This document shows positions 18,428 to 24,333 of a DNA stretch of 24,333 nucleotides, piece by piece. A program made the translations under genes and the position numbers. The DNA is taken from assembly GCA_964607485.1 (NCBI GenBank), contig CAZSKP010000033.1:21437-45769 (forward strand), in the 5' to 3' direction. A model generated the notes under the pieces. It made no database searches, had not been told where the DNA came from, and saw only the letters and a list, made by a program, of their open reading frames with translations. This DNA is from an uncultured bacterium. GTDB taxonomy: Bacteria; Abyssobacteria; SURF-5. Each line of letters begins with the position of its first letter. The stretch's first letter is position 1.

Positions 18428-18602
18428 GTCATTCTAAGTGCGGGTGGTTCATCCTGAGCGCAGTCTTGTCATTCTGAGCGTGGCCTGGTCATTCTGAGCG
18501 CAGTCTTGTCATTCTGAGCGCAATCTTGTCATTCTGAGCGCAGCGAAGAATCTCTTATGCAATCAAACCAAACGGAGATGCTTCGCTTCGCTCAGCATGA
18601 CA
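18428..18602. repeat. Tandem 20-bp-period array (6 units of GTCATTCTGAGCG-N7) ending in a 28-bp inverted repeat (REP-like)
   Basis: Units start at 18428, 18448, 18468, 18488, 18508 and 18528. The segment 18527-18554 is 25/28 complementary to 18575-18602. Confidence 0.85.
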
Positions 18603-18660
18603 AGTGGCAAGCTGAGTGCACGAAGCCACAAGAGATGGTGAAATTCGCCGGGCCGTCCGG

Positions 18661-18690
18661 TTGACAGGGACGGCGGAAAAGAGATACCAT
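18661..18690 (+). promoter_or_regulatory. Putative sigma-70 promoter for the glutaredoxin gene
   Basis: TTGACA-18 nt-TACCAT, followed by RBS GGAGG and ATG 18714. Confidence 0.55.
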
Positions 18691-18713
18691 CCGTCAGGGA
18701 GGCTTTCACAGGG

Positions 18714-18974
18714 ATGAAGCACGTAAGAATCTACACGACGTCCACCTGCTACTACTGCGACCGCGCCAAGGCGCTCCTGAGGAAGAAGGGAGTCGAATTC
18801 GAGGAGATCGACGTGGAGACAGACCGCGAGGCCATGAGAGAGGTGATTAAGATCACCGGCCGGCAGACGGTCCCGCAGATATTCATCGACGATTTCCACG
18901 TTGGCGGGTGCGACGACCTCTACGCATACGAAGAGCTGGGCAGGCTCGACTCGCTGCTCGGGCTTGTGGAATGA
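18714..18974 (+). CDS. grxC: Glutaredoxin 3-like dithiol glutaredoxin
   Basis: 86 aa with CYYC active site, TVPQIFI and GGCDDL motifs. Confidence 0.88.
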   Translation: MKHVRIYTTSTCYYCDRAKALLRKKGVEFEEIDVETDREAMREVIKITGRQTVPQIFIDDFHVGGCDDLYAYEELGRLDSLLGLVE

Positions 18975-19014
18975 CGGCCCGGGCATACACTAGGTTATCC
19001 AGGGCGAGGAAATA

Positions 19015-20706
19015 TCAGGGCGGGCTCAGTGCCTTGTGCTGCGGTTGATTCCACCGAAATTGCCCGGGCGACTGCTCCGGGTCGATCCTGACGACGCATA
19101 ACTCGTCCCGGCCCTCCGCATCATTGAAAGTGACGAAATAAGCCTCCCGGTCGATGAACACGACGGGCGTCTTCACGCGGTCGGTGGGAAAGTCTTCGAG
19201 TCGTTTTCCGTCCGCCGCACGGTACGCGACGAGTTTTCTATTATCCGAAGGGACGAAGAGGGCTCCGTCGCTGATGGTCGCGGAGAACCGTGTCGGGCCG
19301 CCGGATTCATCCCTCCATTTCTCCTCGCCGGTCTCGGCGTCGATGGCGAATACCTTGCCCTCGCGAGTGCACACGTAGAGGGTTCCGTCCGCCAGCAGGG
19401 GCGCGGCGAATATGCAGCCGCCCGTGTTCGCCTTCCAGATGAGTCGGCCCCCATCCGCGGCGTCGAGCGCGTACACGTATTGGTCCCATGAGCCCACGTA
19501 CACGCGGTTCGCGTCCACGACCGGCGCCGCCGTTATCTTGTCGCCCGTTGTGAACGTCCATTTTGTCGTGCCGCTCGCCAGGTCATACGCGTACAGCGTC
19601 CCGTCCTCGGCGCCGATGTAGAGCATTCCCTGTGCTGCCGCTGGGGGCGCGAACATCTGTCCGCCGATTGCAAAGGCATGTTCCATCGGCCCGGGCTTCG
19701 CGCCGCCGCCCGGCCTGAACAAGAGGAAACACGCAAGCGCCAGATTGAGCACGACGCTCAAGGCCAGCGCGACCCTCACGCCGGTTGGGGTTTGCAGAAC
19801 GACCCGTTCGCGCACGCGCGGGCCGGGGCGCTCCTTCTCGCGCGCGGCCCGTGGTTGAATCTCGCTGACCGTCGCTCCAATCTCGGTGCGGACGGTCTCG
19901 GGTATCGCCTGGCCGATGGCGTTCATCACGTGGCGGAAGCTGTCGTACCGATGCGCCGGCTGTTTCTCAATCATCTTGGCCACGACGTTTGCCAAATTTC
20001 CCGGGATTTCGGGATTAAGCAGCTTGGGCGATTCGGGAATTCTTGTGCGGTGCATCTGGAGTATCTCGACCGACGTCTCCGCGTCGAACGGGACCCTGCC
20101 CGTCAGCATTTCGTACAGCACGACGCCCAGAGAATAGATGTCGGTCCGCCGGTCCACGGCCACGCCCGAGGCCTGCTCGGGCGACATGTATTCCGGCGTA
20201 CCCATTATCGCGCCCGTCGCGGTCAGCCGGGTCCCTTCATCCATGTGAGCTATGCCGAAATCCATTATCTTGAACGTACCGTTTTCGTCCGCCATGATGT
20301 TGTCGGGCTTCACGTCGCGGTGAACGATACCCCGGGAGTGAGCCAGGTCAAGGGCGTCGGCGATGTTGATGATGATTCGCGCGGCCTCGGCAAAAGGGAT
20401 GCGTCCCCGCTGTTTCAGCAGAGAGCTCAGCGTCGGTCCGCGGAGGTACTCCATCGCAAAGTAATGCATGTCGTCCTGCCGGCCCACTTCGTACACCTTT
20501 ATGATGTTCGGATGCTCGAGCAGCGAGACGGCCTTCGCCTCGCGGCGAAATCGTTCGACGTACCTGACATTCCGTGTCAATTCCGGTGGAAGCACCTTCA
20601 GGGCAACCTCGTCGCCCGTCTCGGTGTCTCGCGCAAGATAGACGACACCCATCCCGCCCTTGCCTAGTTCCCTCAGCAGTTCGTATTTGCCTATCCGCTT
20701 TTCCAA
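19015..20706 (-). CDS. Hanks-type Ser/Thr protein kinase with TM helix and C-terminal PQQ-like (BamB-type) beta-propeller
   Basis: GKGGMG, VALK, HRDVKPDN, DFG, GTPEYMSPEQ and DIYSLG kinase motifs. TM helix VALALSVVLNLALACFLL is followed by repeats such as LYIGAEDGTLYAYDLASGTTKW and VYVGSWDQYVYALDAADGGRLIW. TTG start. Confidence 0.94.
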   Translation of the reverse strand: MEKRIGKYELLRELGKGGMGVVYLARDTETGDEVALKVLPPELTRNVRYVERFRREAKAVSLLEHPNIIKVYEVGRQDDMHYFAMEYLRGPTLSSLLKQRGRIPFAEAARIIINIADALDLAHSRGIVHRDVKPDNIMADENGTFKIMDFGIAHMDEGTRLTATGAIMGTPEYMSPEQASGVAVDRRTDIYSLGVVLYEMLTGRVPFDAETSVEILQMHRTRIPESPKLLNPEIPGNLANVVAKMIEKQPAHRYDSFRHVMNAIGQAIPETVRTEIGATVSEIQPRAAREKERPGPRVRERVVLQTPTGVRVALALSVVLNLALACFLLFRPGGGAKPGPMEHAFAIGGQMFAPPAAAQGMLYIGAEDGTLYAYDLASGTTKWTFTTGDKITAAPVVDANRVYVGSWDQYVYALDAADGGRLIWKANTGGCIFAAPLLADGTLYVCTREGKVFAIDAETGEEKWRDESGGPTRFSATISDGALFVPSDNRKLVAYRAADGKRLEDFPTDRVKTPVVFIDREAYFVTFNDAEGRDELCVVRIDPEQSPGQFRWNQPQHKALSPP

Positions 20707-20727
20707 GTCTTCTTCAACCAGGCGCTT

Positions 20728-20952
20728 TCACTCGGCGGCCGAAAAGTCGAACTGCAATCCGTCATACGGGCACCAGCCTCGCCGCTGGGCCTTTTCCACG
20801 TAGAACATACGTTCGCACGACGGACATTTGACCCATCTGAAGTTGGGACTATCGACACGTGTCTCAGGCACGCTCCCGCGGGTCGAGAGGTCCCACGCGA
20901 CGAGCCCGATCAGCATACCCAGCAGAGCGATGACCAGAATTCTGTGCAACAT
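20728..20952 (-). CDS. Small membrane-anchored protein with zinc-ribbon-like motif
   Basis: 74 aa with an N-terminal hydrophobic helix and VKCPSC-x12-WCPYD. RBS GGAGGGAG. Packed 24 nt and 21 nt from its neighbours on the same strand. Confidence 0.75.
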   Translation of the reverse strand: MLHRILVIALLGMLIGLVAWDLSTRGSVPETRVDSPNFRWVKCPSCERMFYVEKAQRRGWCPYDGLQFDFSAAE

Positions 20953-20976
20953 ATCCCGAAACGCTCCCTCCGAGCC

Positions 20977-23259
20977 TCAGCCTCCTATTTCCTGTCTCAT
21001 CCTCTTCAGCACGCGTTCAAACTTTCTCCGGCCCAGCATCGCCCCCCTGTCGTCTTCCTTGAGCAGGACGATGTCTTTCAGCGTGTGCCTTTCGACGAGG
21101 AAGAACAGCACGTTCTCTCCGATGGAGTCGGGAAAGAAGTAGAACTTGTCGTTGACGTTCTTCCAGTCGAAAACGTATCCCGTGAGTTCCTCCTGGTCGG
21201 CAAAGATCAGCTTGACAAGGTGTCCCGAGCGTGGCACTTTCAGGGAGAGCAGCCTGTCGGTCAGCTCGCCGTCGAAATCGCGTACGAAGGCGACCGCCTT
21301 CAGCTCGTAGAAACGAACGTATGACTCTTTGCGGGAGGGCAGGCCGACTCTGTTCAAGAAGCGGAACCCCTCCGTCTCGATATTCCAGCTCAAGGCCCAG
21401 CCCTGCATGACCTCGCCGGTCAGGAAGTACAGGACCACCTGCCGCAGGGGTCTCGGCTCCTCGTAGTAGAATTCGAAATCACCCAGTTTGATCGAATCAA
21501 GGTGCACCAGTTGGACCCGGCCGGTCCTGGAGACGGAGTTGACGAGCACTTCGTCGGTGTCTTCTCCGGCCTCGACGACCGTCCGCACGCCGCTTTCCGT
21601 CCTAAGGCCGGAGAACCTGTATGCCCTGTCTCTCATCGAACGGTGAGGCAGCTCCACAAGAGCTTCTCTCCCCAGCCCGATCATGACCTCCTTCACTCGA
21701 TTCTTCTCGGAGAGGCGGTCAAGGTTTATGTTTCTGGCAATGCCCCTGGTCGGGTCCCGCAAGACGACCAGCTTTCCGACGGGACGCGTCTTGTGAGCAA
21801 GGTAATCGAGAATATTCTTTCTGACGTTCCCGATGACAAACAGGAGCACAATCGCGGCCAGCGCACAAGCGACCACGATGACGAAGTAGAAGGCGAGGGC
21901 CCTGAAGTCGACGCCTTTCTTCGCGACATCCACCGAAACCGGGATTTCGGAGCGTGTGAATGCCCAGCCCCCGTGTGGAGCGAGCCTGATGGTGCCTTCG
22001 TATTTTCCCTTGGCCCCTTCGGGCAGCGTCTGCTGCCGGGATAGCGCGATGTCGATGACAATCTCCTTTTCCCTCAAGCTCGGCGAAACCTTCAGCTCGA
22101 CGCCTTCGGGAAGCGCGATGTCTGCCACGACCGTTACCGCGTCGAGGCTGCCGGGAAAATCGACTCCACTCGGAGTAATGTAGATGCTTTTCGTCTCCTC
22201 GTATTTCCCCCGAAGGCCGGTCGGGCCGAATGTAATAGGTGACTCCACAAGCACTTGCAACGTCTCCGCGATGGAAAACGCAAAACCGACAGTGCGAGGA
22301 TACAGAAGCATTGTCTGAGGGTCGGTTGGTTGGAAGACGAGGGTGCCGGCGTAGTCGCCCCTTGAGAATCCCCGAGTTTCGAAACCGAACGTCTCGGTCC
22401 ACGCTTGCTGCCGGCAGACGAACCGCCTCGGCCTCACATCGAAGAACTTGTCGAGCGTTCCCTTGGTAAATTCGGCCTCTATGCTGAGCTCGAGCATGGC
22501 CAGGTCTTTCGGAGGACGTCTGGGATAGAAGGCCAACGAGAAGGCGCTCTGTGTGGGCGTGTCGGGTATTTCACCGAGAAACTTTGTCGGGGTCACGATG
22601 TTCACGTCGGCCAGCGTGAGCCGGTCAAGCCATTGTTCATCTCTCCGCCAATTGGCGGTATAAGCTCCAATCGAAAGCAGAAACGCCTGCAAGTCGGCCT
22701 CGAGCCAGTCGCCGAGATAGAAACAATAGAAAGAATAGTCTTCGCCGGCTTTCAGGTCGGAGTATCGTCGCAACAACTCTGCGAGGGTAGTGGCTTCACT
22801 CCGTGTATCGTCGGGGTCACGGCGGCCGTCGGTTATCAACACGAGAGTTCTTTCATTTGCTGGTCGCCTGATGCGGGAATCTTTGATATCCGCAAGAGCC
22901 TGCTGGAGCGCCGGGAAGTAGTTCGTGTATTTGCCCGATGTGTGGAGTTGAAGCAGTTGGGATTTCAGCTGGGCCACGTCGCCGGGCTTTTCGATTTTTC
23001 GCTTTGCAATAATGATGGGGTTGTTCGAAAACTGGTAGCATGTGAACGAGTCGCCCAGTCGCGCTCCGCTCACGAAGCGGCTCATTATTCCGCTGATGGG
23101 ACGAAGATAGGGCGACGCGCTTTCGGAGCAATCGATGAGAAACACGACGTCCTGTGCGGGAGGCTGCTGCGCGAGAGTTTCGGGAGGGAATGCTATCGAA
23201 AATATGAAGGGAAGAACAGCCAGGAGAAGTATAATATGCCTCTTGGTCGGTGTCGGCAT
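20977..23259 (-). CDS. Type-I membrane protein: signal peptide, VWA, putative beta-sandwich repeats, TM, FHA-like domain, DUF6982-like domain
   Basis: MIDAS elements DVVFLIDCSES, GKYTN and LITDG. TM helix FYFVIVVACALAAIVLLFVIG. FHA-like IGLGR...VLVNS...LVHLDSIKLGDFEFYY. The C-terminal VVLYFLTGEVMQG...ELKAVAFVRDFDG...VKLIFADQEELTG resembles DUF6982. Confidence 0.85.
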   Translation of the reverse strand: MPTPTKRHIILLLAVLPFIFSIAFPPETLAQQPPAQDVVFLIDCSESASPYLRPISGIMSRFVSGARLGDSFTCYQFSNNPIIIAKRKIEKPGDVAQLKSQLLQLHTSGKYTNYFPALQQALADIKDSRIRRPANERTLVLITDGRRDPDDTRSEATTLAELLRRYSDLKAGEDYSFYCFYLGDWLEADLQAFLLSIGAYTANWRRDEQWLDRLTLADVNIVTPTKFLGEIPDTPTQSAFSLAFYPRRPPKDLAMLELSIEAEFTKGTLDKFFDVRPRRFVCRQQAWTETFGFETRGFSRGDYAGTLVFQPTDPQTMLLYPRTVGFAFSIAETLQVLVESPITFGPTGLRGKYEETKSIYITPSGVDFPGSLDAVTVVADIALPEGVELKVSPSLREKEIVIDIALSRQQTLPEGAKGKYEGTIRLAPHGGWAFTRSEIPVSVDVAKKGVDFRALAFYFVIVVACALAAIVLLFVIGNVRKNILDYLAHKTRPVGKLVVLRDPTRGIARNINLDRLSEKNRVKEVMIGLGREALVELPHRSMRDRAYRFSGLRTESGVRTVVEAGEDTDEVLVNSVSRTGRVQLVHLDSIKLGDFEFYYEEPRPLRQVVLYFLTGEVMQGWALSWNIETEGFRFLNRVGLPSRKESYVRFYELKAVAFVRDFDGELTDRLLSLKVPRSGHLVKLIFADQEELTGYVFDWKNVNDKFYFFPDSIGENVLFFLVERHTLKDIVLLKEDDRGAMLGRRKFERVLKRMRQEIGG

Positions 23260-23310
23260 CTCACCCGGCCTGATTGTCCACGTGGGCTCGCTTCAAGTTG
23301 GCTACCGCCA

Positions 23311-23339
23311 ATTCTAACACAATGGCGGAATGATGTCAA
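23311..23339 (-). promoter_or_regulatory. Sigma-70 promoter for the VWA-kinase operon
   Basis: Minus strand reads TTGACA-17 nt-TAGAAT with TG extended -10, about 50 nt upstream of ATG 23259. Confidence 0.75.
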
Positions 23340-24102
23340 AAGAATCGCGTGACCCGGGCCTGTGGGGTGACGATCAGGCGAGACGGGTGAAAAAGCTCGA
23401 TGGGAACGTTGCTTGATGAAATTCTTCCGAGCGGCGTTTGTTCGCGTGCGTCGCCCGCGGCAGGGGGCGTTGCGGCTGGGGCGCCCATCCCGGGCGCCCG
23501 ACCAGACTTCATCCAAGACGACCAGTCGCGAAGGCGCTCCAGGCGGCGCTCCCCATGTCGGCCGTTTCCACCTCTTAGGGCGCCGAGCCGAAAATTCGCC
23601 AGGCGTTTGCCCATAAGTTAAACTGGTGCGATTACTACACCGTCGTGCAACATCTGGCTCGCAGGGCTGGCTGGCGTGCCCAATGGAGTGAGGAGTCCAG
23701 CCGCTCCCTTGCCGAACGTTCAATACGGAGGCCTCGCAGAAGAATGGGCGGAAAAAAAGGTTCAGCATGTGCGAACCGTACCCGTTGATTCACGGGTGCG
23801 CTCAGGAGTTCCGACAATATCTAAGTTATTCATTTTACCCGACTTCAATGTGGTCGGTCTAATGGCCCGTGAAGAATTCGACAGAAAAACTGAGAGGCGC
23901 CTCCGGAATGGAATGTGGAGGCAGGAGAGGTGGGTCGGCCCGGGACCCGGAGAGCTTTCCCATGCCGTATTCTTGCGTCGGCGGGAGAAAAATTATGGGA
24001 GCCCGCGCCGACACAGACCCCGCCCGATTTCTCCCCGCGTTTGAGTCGGTTCTCGCTCATGACCGGTTTTGGAAGGGGAAGGTCGGGGGTTAAAAAAAAG
24101 AC

Positions 24103-24131
24103 TTGACAAAAAAAAAGGCCTGTGGTATTAT
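24103..24131 (+). promoter_or_regulatory. Sigma-70 promoter P1 (tandem pair)
   Basis: TTGACA-17 nt-TATTAT with TG extension and an upstream A-tract (UP-element-like). Confidence 0.8.
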
Positions 24132-24169
24132 CACGTTCGTTCCTACCGAAAGAGGGAGAAAGGCGCGTA

Positions 24170-24198
24170 TTGACAAGCGGGGGGATGGGTGGTATAAT
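24170..24198 (+). promoter_or_regulatory. Sigma-70 promoter P2 (tandem pair)
   Basis: Perfect consensus TTGACA-17 nt-TATAAT with TG extension. Confidence 0.85.
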
Positions 24199-24333
24199 AA
24201 CAATACCTATCAGATATTCAGTCCTGTCTTTCACCAAACAAACTTCTCACAGGTAATCTAAAAATCTTCAAAAGCAAGGGGGGATGATTCAGCCGAGTAT
24301 CTCATGTTGTTGCGTCTCTGTGCGCAGGCAATG

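Noticed and set aside
18428-18554. Possible CRISPR array
   Set aside because: The 13-bp repeat and 7-nt spacers are far too short, the spacers recur, and no cas genes are present.
18605-18620. Possible sigma-54 promoter TGGCAAGCTGAGTGCA upstream of the glutaredoxin gene
   Set aside because: It has GG-N10-GC spacing but two mismatches to TGGCAC-N5-TTGC, and a better sigma-70 promoter lies downstream.
23193-24237. ORFs 23193-23768(-), 23336-23614(-), 23676-24044(+) and 23845-24237(-) as genes
   Set aside because: No recognisable domains or convincing RBS, mutually overlapping, and some run across clear promoter elements.
24284-24333. Start of a CDS at ATG 24284 or ATG 24304/24331
   Set aside because: Too little sequence to choose a frame or to tell coding sequence from a leader.

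Overview
GC-rich bacterial chromosomal segment; a LolA-like protein suggests a diderm, but I cannot assign the taxon from sequence alone. No rRNA, tRNA, CRISPR array, integrase or transposase is recognisable. From left to right: (1) a minus-strand six-gene run (1-6979) of alpha/beta hydrolase, signal-peptide-bearing degenerate nucleotidyltransferase-fold protein, radical SAM/SPASM enzyme, GH3 acyl-adenylate/amido synthetase, MppJ/MrsA-like methyltransferase and a DUF362 protein cut by the window edge, which looks like an uncharacterised small-molecule biosynthetic cluster; (2) a divergent LolA-like gene and an M20D amidohydrolase; (3) a multi-TM/GAF histidine kinase with a sigma-54 NtrC-type regulator; (4) an AT-richer two-gene islet (membrane-anchored hypothetical plus DUF4238, a candidate anti-phage gene) flanked by REP-like palindromes; (5) a HadA/HadB-like MaoC dehydratase pair, DUF2695, SRPBCC, MFS and glutaredoxin genes, with several REP-like repeats including a 20-bp-period tandem array; (6) a minus-strand three-gene operon of a VWA/TM/FHA-like/DUF6982-like protein, a small TM zinc-ribbon protein and a Ser/Thr kinase with a PQQ-type beta-propeller, a candidate undescribed transmembrane signalling system; (7) about 1 kb without a credible gene, ending in two tandem near-consensus sigma-70 promoters that fire out of the window. 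All family calls come from motif recognition by eye, not database searches.
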